In this document: one piece after another, positions 47,515-57,946 of the stretch | How the letters are laid out: each line of letters starts with the position of its first letter | Numbering within the stretch: the first letter of the stretch is position 1 | NCBI GenBank assembly: GCA_965213625.1 | Contig: CBDBZU010000004.1 | Location: forward strand, 64,001 to 128,000 | Length of the DNA stretch: 64,000 bases | Source of the DNA: a bacterium | Lineage (GTDB): Bacteria > UBA8248 | Direction: 5' to 3' | Notes under the pieces: model-generated | The model's input: only the letters and a program-made list of their open reading frames with translations | Database searches by the model: none | What the model was told of the DNA's origin: nothing | Program-made: the position numbers and the translations under genes

Positions 47515-50247
47515 CTACTTGAGCTCGCCCCAGTTATCGCCCGTGCTCACGTCCACGTCGAGGGGTACGCGTAATGGCATCGCGCCGCGCATCTCCTCTG
47601 CGACGAGGGCGGAGACGCTTTCGATCTCTGCGGGCGGTATCTCGAACAAGAGCTCATCGTGCACCTGGACGAGCATGCGCGCTTCTTTTTCTTCGCTCTT
47701 CAGGCGATCGGCGATGGCAATCATCGCGAGCTTGATGATGTCGGCGGCGCTGCCCTGGATCACCGAGTTCACCGCCGTCCGTTCGGCGGCGTTTTTCGCG
47801 TTGCGGTTCCGGCTGTTCAGATCGGGGAGATACCTGCGCCGCCCCATGATGGTGGAAACGTAGCCGCGCGTCCTGCCGCTCTCGATGGTCTCATCCACGA
47901 AGGCGGGCACGGAGGCGAAGCGCTCGAAATAGGTGTCGATGAACGAGCGGGCTTCTGACTGGGGGATGCCGATGGCCTGGGAAAGGCCAAAGGGCCCCTG
48001 CCCGTAGATGATCCCGAAATTCACCGCCTTGGCGACACGGCGCATCTCCGAGTCCACCCCGTCTAGGGCCACGCCGTAGACGGCCGAGGCGGTCGTTGCG
48101 TGGATGTCCTCTCCCTTGCCGAAGGCGTCGACGAGGGCCGGGTCGTTCGTGAAATGCGCCAGCACCCTCAGTTCAATCTGGCTGTAATCCGCGGATAGGA
48201 GCTTCCAGCCCTCCTCGGGCAGGAAGGCCCGGCGAATCTGGCGGCCCAGATCCGTGCGGATGGGGATGTTCTGCAGATTGGGGTCCGAACCGCTCAGCCG
48301 GCCCGTGGCGGCGACCGTCTGGTTGAAGCGCGCGTGGATGCGGCCCGTCCGCGGATTCACGAGTTCGGGCAGGGTATCCACATAGGTGCTCTTGAGCTTG
48401 GAGAGCTGTCTGAAACTCAGGATTTCCTGGGGCAAGGGGTGCTGCGGCGCCAGCCTCTCCAGCGTGTCGATGTCGGTGGAAGGCCCCGTTTTCGTCCTCT
48501 TGATCACGGGAAGGTTCAGCTTTTCGAACAGGATGACGCGCAGCTGCTTGGTGGAATTGATGTTGAACTCCTCGTCCGCCAGCCCGTGGATTTCGCTCGT
48601 CATCTGCTCAAGGCGCGTTTCGAGCTCCTTGCCCATGTTCTGCAGGAATTCCCGATCCAGCCGGATGCCCGCGCGCTCCATTTCGAGCAGCACGCGCAGG
48701 AGCGGGACTTCGAGTTCCTCGAAGAGGCTCACCAGCCCGTCGTTTTCGAGTTGCGGGGCCATCTCCTGGGCCAGGCGGTACGTGATATCCGCATCCTGGC
48801 AGGCGTAAGGGGCCGCCGCCTCGACCGGCACGTGGGAGAAGGGAATCTCCTTGGCACCCTTGCCGCAAAGATCGGCGTATTTGATGGTCGTCACCCCGAA
48901 ATACTCCAGCGCCAGATGGTCCATCCCGTGGCTCCGGCGGCTCGAGAGCAGGAGGTAAGAGGCGAGCATGGTGTCGAACAATGGGCCGCGAACCTCGCGG
49001 CCGGCCTCTTTGAGCACCGCGATGTCGTACTTGATGTTCTGGCCGATTTTCTCGATTTGAGTCGATTCCAGCAGCGGCGAGACCTCACGGAGCACGTCTT
49101 CGAGCGGAAGCTGGGGGCCTGCGTCCATCATCTCGTGTCCCACCGGCACGTAGAACGCGCGGCCGGCGGCGGCGGAGAAGCTGAAGCCCACGATGCGCGC
49201 CTTCATGGGGTCGAGCGATGTGGTCTCCAGGTCGAACGCGAAGCGCCCTGCCTTTTCGAGTTCTGCGAGCATCGACTTGAGATCATCGAGAGTTCTGATG
49301 GTGTGGTAGTCGCGCTCCTCCTCTACCGCTGGAGTAGCCGCCTCCTCTGCCGCGGCTTCTTCCCCCTCTGCTGCGCTGTAGCCGGGGAGTTGCTCGACGA
49401 TGTTCTTGAATTCAAGCTCCTCGAGGAAGAGTTTCCTGCCCGCCTCGATGTCGGCGTCGCCCAGACGGCACGATTCCAGGTCCCCTTCGAGCGCCAGGTC
49501 ACGCTTGATGGTGCAAAGCTCCCGCGAGAGCTTCGCCATCTCGACGTTTTCCTCGATGTTCTCCCGCTGCTTGGGACGTTTTATCTGATCCGTGGATGCG
49601 AGCACTTCTTCCAGCCCGCCGAACTGCTGGATGAGGGCGACGGCTGTTTTCTCCCCGATGCCCGGCACGCCCGGAATGTTGTCCGCCGTATCGCCCATGA
49701 GCGCCTGGATATCCACGAATTTCTCGGGCGGCACGCCCCATTTCGCTTCGATCTCCGCAGGCCCCATCTCCTCGTCCTTCATCGGGTCCCAGATGCGCAC
49801 GTTTTCAGTAACCAACTGGGCGAAATCCTTATCCGCCGTCACCAGGACGACCTCGAAATCCTCCGCCTCCGCGCGCGCGGCCAGCGTGCCGATGATGTCG
49901 TCGGCCTCGGCGCCCACCTGTACGAGCAGGGGAATCCGCAGCACCTCGACCACACGGTGCATGAACGGGATCTGCTCGACCAGGTCTTCCGGCGCCGCGT
50001 CGCGGTTACCCTTGTAGGCAGGGTAAATCTCGTGGCGGAAAGTGGGTTCGGGGCGATCGAAGGCGATGGCGACGTACTCGGGCGCGCGCTCGCGAATTAC
50101 CTTCAGGAGCATTCTGGCGAAGGCCAGCGTACCGCCCGTGGGCACGCCCTTCGAGTTCGAGAGCCGCTGGCGCATCGTGCCGTAATAGGCGCGGAACATG
50201 TAGCCCGAGCCGTCTATCAGAAAGATTCGTTTTTTATCTTCCGTCAT
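47515..50247 (-). CDS. polA: DNA polymerase I
   Basis: 5'-3' exonuclease (LIDGS, EADD, DNIPGVPGIG), 3'-5' exonuclease (FDLETT), polymerase (DYSQIELR, AKAVNFGIIYG, QVHDEL). Confidence 0.98.
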   Translation of the reverse strand: MTEDKKRIFLIDGSGYMFRAYYGTMRQRLSNSKGVPTGGTLAFARMLLKVIRERAPEYVAIAFDRPEPTFRHEIYPAYKGNRDAAPEDLVEQIPFMHRVVEVLRIPLLVQVGAEADDIIGTLAARAEAEDFEVVLVTADKDFAQLVTENVRIWDPMKDEEMGPAEIEAKWGVPPEKFVDIQALMGDTADNIPGVPGIGEKTAVALIQQFGGLEEVLASTDQIKRPKQRENIEENVEMAKLSRELCTIKRDLALEGDLESCRLGDADIEAGRKLFLEELEFKNIVEQLPGYSAAEGEEAAAEEAATPAVEEERDYHTIRTLDDLKSMLAELEKAGRFAFDLETTSLDPMKARIVGFSFSAAAGRAFYVPVGHEMMDAGPQLPLEDVLREVSPLLESTQIEKIGQNIKYDIAVLKEAGREVRGPLFDTMLASYLLLSSRRSHGMDHLALEYFGVTTIKYADLCGKGAKEIPFSHVPVEAAAPYACQDADITYRLAQEMAPQLENDGLVSLFEELEVPLLRVLLEMERAGIRLDREFLQNMGKELETRLEQMTSEIHGLADEEFNINSTKQLRVILFEKLNLPVIKRTKTGPSTDIDTLERLAPQHPLPQEILSFRQLSKLKSTYVDTLPELVNPRTGRIHARFNQTVAATGRLSGSDPNLQNIPIRTDLGRQIRRAFLPEEGWKLLSADYSQIELRVLAHFTNDPALVDAFGKGEDIHATTASAVYGVALDGVDSEMRRVAKAVNFGIIYGQGPFGLSQAIGIPQSEARSFIDTYFERFASVPAFVDETIESGRTRGYVSTIMGRRRYLPDLNSRNRNAKNAAERTAVNSVIQGSAADIIKLAMIAIADRLKSEEKEARMLVQVHDELLFEIPPAEIESVSALVAEEMRGAMPLRVPLDVDVSTGDNWGELK

Positions 50248-50485
50248 GTCTCAACGCGTGAAAGAGGAAAGGAGGCGGTCCGGCCCCAAGTTTGCACGGA
50301 AGCACTTTTCCCGCAACCCGCAGCGGCGAACCCCTGTTCGCCTCGCCGCAGGGGTCTCTGCGGGCGGCCCATCCGTTTGCGGGTAAGGCTCGATGAGTGC
50401 GTACACCCGCAATTTTCAGAGGTGGAGGAGACCCGATAATTACAAGGCGCAATGGTTCCCGAAGTAAAAATCGTCTTCTCGCCGG

Positions 50486-51511
50486 CTAACCGATGACTTC
50501 GTCCCCCGTAATGGCCGCTTCGCCATAAACTTCGGGGTTGAAGACGTCATACGGCCGCTTTCCGACGATAAAACGCTCGATATTCATCACCGTGCGCAAG
50601 GCCATCTCCTCGCGCGTCTCTCGACCCGCGCTGCCCATGTGCGGGGTAAGGACGACGTTCGGCAGATCTTTAAGCCCCGCTATCGGCCCCGGATTGGGCT
50701 CGGGAACCTCGGTCTGATAGACGTCCAGCCCGGCGCCCCGGATTCGCTTTTCTCTCAGGGCTTTCTCCAGGGCCGCCTCGTCCAATACGAGGCCACGCGA
50801 AGTGTTGATCAGGATGGCGCTCGGCTTCATGAGAGAGATGAGGTGTTCGTCGATGAGACCCACCGTCTCTTTGGTGAGCGCCGGGGTCAACGCGATGAAA
50901 TCCGCTTCTCTGAACAAATCGTCCAGGGTGCGGAATTCGGCTGAACCGAGGACAAATTCCTCCGCCGGGCTCAGCGGGGTGCGCTTGTTATAGGTAATGC
51001 GCATATCGCATGCGGCGGCTTTGCGCGCCACCAGTTGCCCGATCCGGCCCATCCCGACGATTCCGAGCGTCTTGCCGAAGAGGCGCGTACCCATGAAAGC
51101 CATCGACTGATTCTGCCGCCAGCGGTCCTCCCGGAGGAACGTATCCGCCTCCGGCAATCGCCACGCCGTCGCCATCAAGAGGGCGAACGTGAATTCCGCG
51201 GTTGTTTTCTGTGTCATGCTTTTTTGGCCCGAGACCGGAATGTTGCGGCGCGTCGCCGCTGCAAAATCGATGAACTTCGCCGACCCGTGCATGACGGAGA
51301 CGAACTGCAACTCTTTCGCCGCGTCGAACACTCGCTCGTTGAAGGGAATCTCCCCGATGCCGAACAGAATGTGTTTGTCGCGCACGGCTTCGAGCAGCTC
51401 TGCTTCCGGAATCATGCGGTCGACGTGCGGATATGTGGTCACCTCGCCCAGAGTATCAAGCTTGGCGGCAGCGGCCTCCGGAATCGGTTGCGGCACAAAA
51501 ATTCTTTTCAT
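50486..51511 (-). CDS. D-2-hydroxyacid dehydrogenase (glyoxylate reductase-like)
   Basis: GIVGMGRIG, INTSRG, GLDVY..E, LTPHMGSA. Confidence 0.92.
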   Translation of the reverse strand: MKRIFVPQPIPEAAAAKLDTLGEVTTYPHVDRMIPEAELLEAVRDKHILFGIGEIPFNERVFDAAKELQFVSVMHGSAKFIDFAAATRRNIPVSGQKSMTQKTTAEFTFALLMATAWRLPEADTFLREDRWRQNQSMAFMGTRLFGKTLGIVGMGRIGQLVARKAAACDMRITYNKRTPLSPAEEFVLGSAEFRTLDDLFREADFIALTPALTKETVGLIDEHLISLMKPSAILINTSRGLVLDEAALEKALREKRIRGAGLDVYQTEVPEPNPGPIAGLKDLPNVVLTPHMGSAGRETREEMALRTVMNIERFIVGKRPYDVFNPEVYGEAAITGDEVIG

Positions 51512-52063
51512 GATTTTCCTTTCCATTATTTTGGAGCCGAAAAAAGTTCATACACAGAAAGTCGATCGGCCACATTTGCCGACGCGCGAGTCATCCTCAA
51601 TTCTGACTTGGTCGGCGGCTCCCGGCTATTCGGCTCCGCGACGGAAGCGCATGAAGGGCGGTTTACCCATTGCCGAGAGATGTCTAAGCAAGGTTCCGAC
51701 TGCACCGCCGGGTGTCGCAGACGCGATCTCCTCGAGCCCATCGACGTAGAACAGGCCACCATCCCTCCCTGCACGCTCATACCAAGACTCGAGGAAAACG
51801 GTATGCATGGATACAATGTACATGTTATCCACCCGGCTCTTGAACCACCCTACTCCGAGCGGGGAAGAATGACTACCTCTCCTCGGTATACTCGACTCCC
51901 CGCACCGTAGTTAGCGGCATCGGGCATACTTGGAAGTGAGGCGCGATTCCCCCTCTATCAAAAAAATTCCACTTCCCCTCTCCCCCGCATCCTTGCTATC
52001 CTGAATACGTTTCAATGAGTCGACTCCAAAAGCGCAAGACCAGTGGCAAGGAGGTTCCTGTCC

Positions 52064-52840
52064 ATGTCCGCAGAATGCTGCGATAATGTAGGGCAAATCA
52101 AAAGCGCCGTTCGAGAGCTCTATGCGAAAGTCGCCGCCGGGGAAGTTTCCTGCTGCGGGGAGGCGGACGCCGAGATGCCCATGGGCGCCGAAAACGTCGA
52201 TTGCATCGGATATTCGGCAGCGGTCGTGGAGGAACTTCCCCCGGACGTTTTAACCGCCAACGCGGGATGCGGGAATCCCATTGAGGACGCGCATCCCAAG
52301 CCGGGCGAGATGGTGCTAGATCTGGGCTCGGGCGCGGGGCTGGATTGTTTTCTCGCCGCGAAGGAGGTGGGGCCGGAGGGGAGCGTGATCGGCCTCGACA
52401 TGACGGACGCCATGCTGGAAAAAGCCGAGAGAAACAGACGGAACATGGGGCTTCAGAACGTCTCGTTCAGAAAGGGCGAAATGGAGAATATGCCCTTAGA
52501 AGACCAATCGGTCGACGTCATCAGCAGCAACTGTGTCATCAATCTCTCGCCGGACAAGACGGCTGTGTTCCGCGAATCTTTTCGCGTCTTGCGTCCGGGC
52601 GGGCGCTTCGTGGTGTCGGACGTCATACGGTCGGGCGATGCGTCGGGAGACGAAACCACCGAGTCACCCACAGAAGCCTCCATCGAGGATTGGTGCGCTT
52701 GCATCGCGGGCGCCATCAGCGAGGATGCGTACACCGCCGGTTTGCGCGAGGCCGGTTTCACCGACGTGGAAATCATTGGGCGTAAACCTTACGTTTCGCC
52801 TGAACTCGCGAGCGCGACCATCCGGGCCGTCAAGCCCTGA
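52064..52840 (+). CDS. arsM: Arsenite methyltransferase-like protein
   Basis: [44 protein letters not shown]. Confidence 0.85.
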   Translation: MSAECCDNVGQIKSAVRELYAKVAAGEVSCCGEADAEMPMGAENVDCIGYSAAVVEELPPDVLTANAGCGNPIEDAHPKPGEMVLDLGSGAGLDCFLAAKEVGPEGSVIGLDMTDAMLEKAERNRRNMGLQNVSFRKGEMENMPLEDQSVDVISSNCVINLSPDKTAVFRESFRVLRPGGRFVVSDVIRSGDASGDETTESPTEASIEDWCACIAGAISEDAYTAGLREAGFTDVEIIGRKPYVSPELASATIRAVKP

Positions 52841-52957
52841 CTTATCTACCTCCAGCCGAAGCAAAAAAATTGTGAATCCACAACCGGGCGGAAAGACGCC
52901 TTATCATTGACACCCCTCGTTCGCGGGTGCTAACAATCCGGTTCGGCTTTTCCCATC

Positions 52958-53956
52958 ATGGAGACGACAAGAATGCACATCGACGCTCATTGCCACATAT
53001 ATCCCGATGAATACTTTGAGATCCTGGAAAATGAGGGCCCGCGCTACGGAGTGAAGCTCACCACGAACGCGGATGGCAAGCGCATCGTGGACATCAAGGG
53101 CATGATACACCCGCCCATCGAGCCTTTCACCAACGTGGACTTGAGGCTCGAGACCATGGACGAGATGAGCCTGGACATGAACATTCTCTCCTTCTCATCG
53201 AACCCGGGTTGCTACTGGGCGGACGACGGCCTGGCCGATGAACTCTGCAAGGCGGCGAACGACGCCTACGCCGACATCATCGAGAAACACCCCACCAAAT
53301 TTCATGGCCTGGCCTCCCTGCCCGCGCAGAACATCGACCTCTCGGTGAAGGAGTTGGAGCGCTCCGTGAACAAGCTTGGGCTCAAGGGCGGGTTTTTGAG
53401 CACGAACGTGAATGGCCGGTATCTCGATGACGAGAGTTTCTATCCCATCTACGAGGCGGCGGCGGGCATGGACGTGCCCATCATCGTTCATCCGGCCAAT
53501 CCGGCGGGCGCGGCGCAGATGAAGGATTACCACCTGTTCAACCTCGTCGGCTTCCCCACGGAGAGCGCGAACAGCATCGGACGCCTCATCTTCTCCGGGA
53601 TATTCGAGAGGCTGCCGAACCTCACCTTCATCTTCCTGCACGGAGGGGGAACCGTGCCCTATCTGGTCGGCCGCTTCGCACACGGCTGGAAGGTGCGGCC
53701 CGAATGCAAGAACATATCTCGCGCGCCCATCGAGTACCTGCGCTCGAACTTCTATCTGGATATGCTGGTCTTCCATCCGCCCGTCGTGCGCTTCCTGGTG
53801 GACGTCATGGGAGGAGACCGGGTCGTGCTGGGCACGGATTTGCCCTACGACATGACAGACACCGATGCGGTCGAAACGCTCCGGCAGTCGGGACTGAGCC
53901 AGGAAGAATACGAGAACGTCTCGCACAAGAACATTCAGCGCTTGTTGAACCTCTAG
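52958..53956 (+). CDS. Amidohydrolase_2 family (ACMSD-like decarboxylase/hydratase)
   Basis: IDAHCH, IIVHP, HGGGTVPYL.GR, LGTDLPYDM. Confidence 0.9.
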   Translation: METTRMHIDAHCHIYPDEYFEILENEGPRYGVKLTTNADGKRIVDIKGMIHPPIEPFTNVDLRLETMDEMSLDMNILSFSSNPGCYWADDGLADELCKAANDAYADIIEKHPTKFHGLASLPAQNIDLSVKELERSVNKLGLKGGFLSTNVNGRYLDDESFYPIYEAAAGMDVPIIVHPANPAGAAQMKDYHLFNLVGFPTESANSIGRLIFSGIFERLPNLTFIFLHGGGTVPYLVGRFAHGWKVRPECKNISRAPIEYLRSNFYLDMLVFHPPVVRFLVDVMGGDRVVLGTDLPYDMTDTDAVETLRQSGLSQEEYENVSHKNIQRLLNL

Positions 53957-53974
53957 CCGGAATCGTCCGTACCG

Positions 53975-54718
53975 ATGTGGCCAACCTGGGATATCACGCT
54001 TCTTGTCTTCGCCGCGGCCTTCTTAGAGGGAGCCGCAGGAATCGATTTCGGCCTCCTGGCGACGCCTGCGCTGGGCGCCCTCATCGGGGTGCGCGATTCC
54101 GTGCTCACACTCTCACTGCCAAACTTGATCCTGGTGGCGATTCGCGCGATCGGCGGCGGCGTTCCCACCCCATCGCTCAAACGCCTCATGCCTTTCCTGG
54201 GTGCGGGTGCTGCGGGCGCCGCCGTAGGCGTGCTGACGCTCATATCCAGCCCGCCCACGTTCCTCAATTGGTCGGTGGGCGTCCTCGTCCTGTTGTTCGC
54301 CGTCTACAGCATCTCGCGCCAGAGGGTCCAACTCGATATGCGCGATGAGACCTTTTTCAACTATCTAGCTGGATTTTTCGCAGGCGGCCTGAGCGGCTTT
54401 TCATACGCGGGCAACCCCATAAGCATCATGTATCTCGATAGCACGGGCGCCGGCCGCGCCCGGATGATGCGACTCGCCTACACGAGCGCGCTGGTATTCG
54501 CGAGCGTTCAGATAATCATCCTGAGCGGCTCGGGCACGCTGGGGGCCTTCGAATCGGCGCGCTCCGCCGTATCGATCCTGCCGGCAGTCGCCGGATTCCT
54601 CATGGGAAGGCTGCTGCGCGGACGCATTCCGCCCGCCATCGGCTTCACGGTTGGCCTGGGGCTGATGATAGCCGCAGCGCTCGCCCTTTTAATTTTCGGG
54701 CCTTCGGGGTGGAAGTGA
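53975..54718 (+). CDS. TSUP (TauE/SafE) family membrane transporter
   Basis: About 8 TM helices, GAAGIDFGLLATP, GGLSG...GNP. Confidence 0.8.
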   Translation: MWPTWDITLLVFAAAFLEGAAGIDFGLLATPALGALIGVRDSVLTLSLPNLILVAIRAIGGGVPTPSLKRLMPFLGAGAAGAAVGVLTLISSPPTFLNWSVGVLVLLFAVYSISRQRVQLDMRDETFFNYLAGFFAGGLSGFSYAGNPISIMYLDSTGAGRARMMRLAYTSALVFASVQIIILSGSGTLGAFESARSAVSILPAVAGFLMGRLLRGRIPPAIGFTVGLGLMIAAALALLIFGPSGWK

Positions 54719-54784
54719 GGAACGGGCCGAGGCAGTTCCTGGAAGTTCTGGAAAAATTTCCCTGACTCTTTCACGGGGAAACGG

Positions 54785-55747
54785 CTACACCACGCTTGCC
54801 CGCAGTAGATGGTGCAGGTGCAGCACACCCGCCAGACGTACGTCCGCGCCCGCGGTGACCGCCAGGCACGTAATGGCGCTCGCCTCCATCATCTGAACCG
54901 CGGCGGCGGCCATTTCATCCTCATCAATCGTCTTCGGAGTTGTCGTCATCAGATCTTTGGCCGTAAGCCCGGGCAGATCTCCAATCTTCTCCATCGCGCG
55001 CCTCAAGTCCCCGTCCGTAATGACACCGAGTAGTTCCTGCCCGGAGCCCATCACGCACGCCATCCCCAGCCTCTTGGCGCTCATTTCGCGCACGACCCGG
55101 CCCAGGGAAGCCGCCTCGTCCACGCGCGGCACGTCATCGCCCGTGACCATCAACTCTTTCACGCGAATGAGCCTTTTCCCCAAAGCCCCGCCGGGATGAA
55201 AACGCGCAAAATCCTCGGGCTGAAACCCCCGCGCCTCCAGCACGGCCATCGCCAGCGCATCGCCCATCGCCAACGTGGCGGTGCTGCTCGCCGTGGGCGC
55301 AAGCTGAATCGGGCAGGCTTCTTCTTTCACGTGAATGTTCAGCACGGCCTGCGCCGCCCGCCAGAGGGTGGAATCCTCGGTTCCGGTGATGGCGATGAGC
55401 GGCGCGCCCAGACGGGCGAATACGGGCAGGATGCGCACCACCTCGTCCGTCTCGCCGCTGTAGGAGAGCGCGACGATGACGTCGTCTTTCGTCACCATAC
55501 CCAAATCACCGTGAACGCCCTCTGCGGGATGGAGAAAATAAGAAGGCGTGCCCGTGCTCGCGAGAGTGGCGGAAATCTTCTGTCCGATCAGTCCGCTTTT
55601 CCCCATGCCGGTGACCGCGACCTTGCCCTTGCACCCCAGAACGATATCGACCGCCTCGATGAACCCCTCATCCAGCCGCTCGATGAGACCGGAAAGCGCC
55701 TCGGCTTCGATACGAAGCGTCCGCACACCCCTTTCGACGGGATTCAT
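54785..55747 (-). CDS. kdsD: Arabinose-5-phosphate isomerase (KpsF/GutQ; SIS + CBS)
   Basis: GMGKSGLIG.KISATLASTGTPS, HPAEGVHGDLG, EACP..LAPT, FHPGGALG. Confidence 0.95.
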   Translation of the reverse strand: MNPVERGVRTLRIEAEALSGLIERLDEGFIEAVDIVLGCKGKVAVTGMGKSGLIGQKISATLASTGTPSYFLHPAEGVHGDLGMVTKDDVIVALSYSGETDEVVRILPVFARLGAPLIAITGTEDSTLWRAAQAVLNIHVKEEACPIQLAPTASSTATLAMGDALAMAVLEARGFQPEDFARFHPGGALGKRLIRVKELMVTGDDVPRVDEAASLGRVVREMSAKRLGMACVMGSGQELLGVITDGDLRRAMEKIGDLPGLTAKDLMTTTPKTIDEDEMAAAAVQMMEASAITCLAVTAGADVRLAGVLHLHHLLRASVV

Positions 55748-55989
55748 GGAAGATACTGTTTTTCGAGAGATCAGAACCCATCCTCCCCGGAAACGTCTGG
55801 CGGAAAAATATCACCCCGTCACCAAGGTGTCCACGCGGGGCTTTTCGAGACCGGACCCGGCAGGCCCAAGTCTTTACTCTCACCGCCCCCCATGCTAGAA
55901 ATTATAGTCAGAATGCCTCATGAAGACGAATGCCCTTCGGATGGAGAGGGATAGAACCCCACCGCAGGAGAATCGCAGGAGTACCCGTC

Positions 55990-56739
55990 ATGTCCGGTCA
56001 TTCCAAATGGAGCACCATCAAGCGGAAAAAAGGCGCACTCGACGCCAAGCGCGGCAAGATATTCACCAAACTCATCAAGGAAATCACCATCGCGGCCCGG
56101 CTCGGCGGAGGAGACCCCGACGGCAATCCCCGGCTGCGCACGGCGATTCAGACGGCGAAAGGGGCCAACATGCCCCAGGACAACATCGCACGCGCCATCG
56201 CCAAGGGAACGGGCGACCTCGAAGGCGTGAGTTACGAGGAATGCGCCTATGAGGGCTACGGCCCCAACGGGGTGGCGGTTCTCATCGCGGTGCTCACCGA
56301 CAACCGCAACCGCACGGGCGCGGAAATCCGCCACATCCTGACGAAGAACAACGGCACCATGGCGGAGCCGAACGCCGTTGCGTGGAACTTCGAGAAAAAA
56401 GGATTGTTCCTCGTACCCCAGGAAAGCGTGGATGAAGAAACGCTCATGGAACTCGTTCTGGAAGCGGGGGCGGAGGACTTTGAATCCACCGACGATCTGT
56501 TCGAAATCCATACGTCGCCGGATGCGTTCGAAGACGTGCGCGAGGCGCTCGAGCAGAGCGATATCCCGACGGAATCCGCCGAGCTCGCCATGCTGCCCAA
56601 ATCGACGGTGAAGCTCGAGGGCAAGGAAGCGGATCAGATGCTACGCCTCATGGAAGCGCTAGAGGACAACGACGACGTACAGAACGTCTACGCGAACTTC
56701 GACATCTCAGAAGAACAGATGGCGGAAGCTTCTGCATAA
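55990..56739 (+). CDS. yebC: YebC/PmpR family protein
   Basis: [43 protein letters not shown]. Confidence 0.97.
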   Translation: MSGHSKWSTIKRKKGALDAKRGKIFTKLIKEITIAARLGGGDPDGNPRLRTAIQTAKGANMPQDNIARAIAKGTGDLEGVSYEECAYEGYGPNGVAVLIAVLTDNRNRTGAEIRHILTKNNGTMAEPNAVAWNFEKKGLFLVPQESVDEETLMELVLEAGAEDFESTDDLFEIHTSPDAFEDVREALEQSDIPTESAELAMLPKSTVKLEGKEADQMLRLMEALEDNDDVQNVYANFDISEEQMAEASA

Positions 56740-56745
56740 ACGCAC

Positions 56746-56772
56746 AACCCACCGCCCGTGGGGTTCTTTTTT
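56746..56772 (+). terminator. Intrinsic terminator-like hairpin between yebC and ruvC
   Basis: AACCCAC-CGCCC-GTGGGGTT followed by CTTTTTT. Confidence 0.5.
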
Positions 56773-57304
56773 GAAGCAACCTGAAAACACATTTCGCGTG
56801 CTGGGCGTGGACCCCGGTCTGGGCGTGACGGGCTACGCCGTCTTGCGCCTCGATGAAGGCGAATACGAACCGCGCCTGGTGGACGGCGGCGTCCTCAAGA
56901 GCGACTCAAATGCGCCCCTCGAGAAGCGTCTCTACGAGTTGCACAAGGATCTTGCCCAGATTATCGAGGCGAACGAACCCCACGTAATGGCCGTGGAAAA
57001 CCTCTACAGCCACTACAAGCACCCCCGCACCTCCATCATCATGGGACACGCCCGGGGGGTGATCTTCCTCGCCGCCTCGCAGGCGGGCGTTAAGGTGGTG
57101 AGCTATGCGGCCACGGAGATTAAAAAATCACTCGTCGGCGCCGGACGCGCCACGAAAACGCAGGTGCAGCACATGGTCCAGCAACGCTTGGGATTGCACG
57201 ATTTACCGGAACCCCCGGACGTGGCCGACGCCATCGCCGCGGCGTATTGCCACATCGACCGCAGCCACTTGAGAAGTGCGCAGATTATCGGGAGCAGGTC
57301 ATGA
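56771..57304 (+). CDS. ruvC: Holliday junction resolvase
   Basis: LGVDPG, AVE, GHARG, IKK...G.G.ATK.QV, DVADAIA. Confidence 0.96.
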   Translation: MKQPENTFRVLGVDPGLGVTGYAVLRLDEGEYEPRLVDGGVLKSDSNAPLEKRLYELHKDLAQIIEANEPHVMAVENLYSHYKHPRTSIIMGHARGVIFLAASQAGVKVVSYAATEIKKSLVGAGRATKTQVQHMVQQRLGLHDLPEPPDVADAIAAAYCHIDRSHLRSAQIIGSRS

Positions 57305-57936
57305 TCCGCCAGATATCGGGAGAGATCGTCGACGTCCTGGCCGAATGCGTCATCCTCAATACGTCGGCCGGCATCGCTTATGAAATACAGGTGGGCGGGT
57401 ATGCGATCCATGAGCTTCAGGCGCTCATGGGCGCACGCGAGGCGGTGGAACTCCACACCCACCATTACCTGGAAGGAAACGTGGCCACGGGCCAGCTTCT
57501 GCCCCGATTGGTGGGGTTTCTCTCCGTGGAAGAAAGATCTTTTTTCCTCTCTTTCATCAAAGTGCCCGGCATCAGCCCCAAAAGCGGGGTCCGGGCGATG
57601 AGTCTCCCTCCCCTTCAAATCGCAGAAGCCATCGCGACGGCGAACACCGTCATGCTCACCAAACTGCCCGGCATCGGCAGAAAAAAAGCCGAGCAGGTAA
57701 TATCTACGCTCAGAGAAGAAATAGCGGAACTTCAACTGGTGGGAGAGGCTGCGCTCCCGACTGGGGAGCGTCAAGACGCCACGCCCTTACACGGGGACGT
57801 CATGGCCGTGCTGGTGGGGCAGTTGGGCTACCGCACGCCCGAGGCGGAGAATCTCGTGGAGCGCGCCGTCGCCTCGCTGGGAGCGGAGGCCGAGGCCGAG
57901 GCCATCTTGCAGGAAGTGTTCCGGCTGAGCCGATAG
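57301..57936 (+). CDS. ruvA: Holliday junction branch migration protein A
   Basis: MIRQISG, GIAYEI, VPGISPK, LPGIGRKKAE, LGY. Lies between ruvC and ruvB. Confidence 0.93.
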   Translation: MIRQISGEIVDVLAECVILNTSAGIAYEIQVGGYAIHELQALMGAREAVELHTHHYLEGNVATGQLLPRLVGFLSVEERSFFLSFIKVPGISPKSGVRAMSLPPLQIAEAIATANTVMLTKLPGIGRKKAEQVISTLREEIAELQLVGEAALPTGERQDATPLHGDVMAVLVGQLGYRTPEAENLVERAVASLGAEAEAEAILQEVFRLSR

Positions 57937-57946
57937 GGAGAAAACC

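Noticed and set aside
45745-50439. Long plus-strand ORFs (609 aa and 701 aa) and similar antisense ORFs throughout
   Set aside because: They are shadow frames opposite rnr, polA and other real genes, as expected in high-GC DNA.
52064-52840. Selenoprotein forms of ArsM (and of SaoD at 30359-30736)
   Set aside because: The relevant positions are TGC Cys codons. There is no in-frame TGA.
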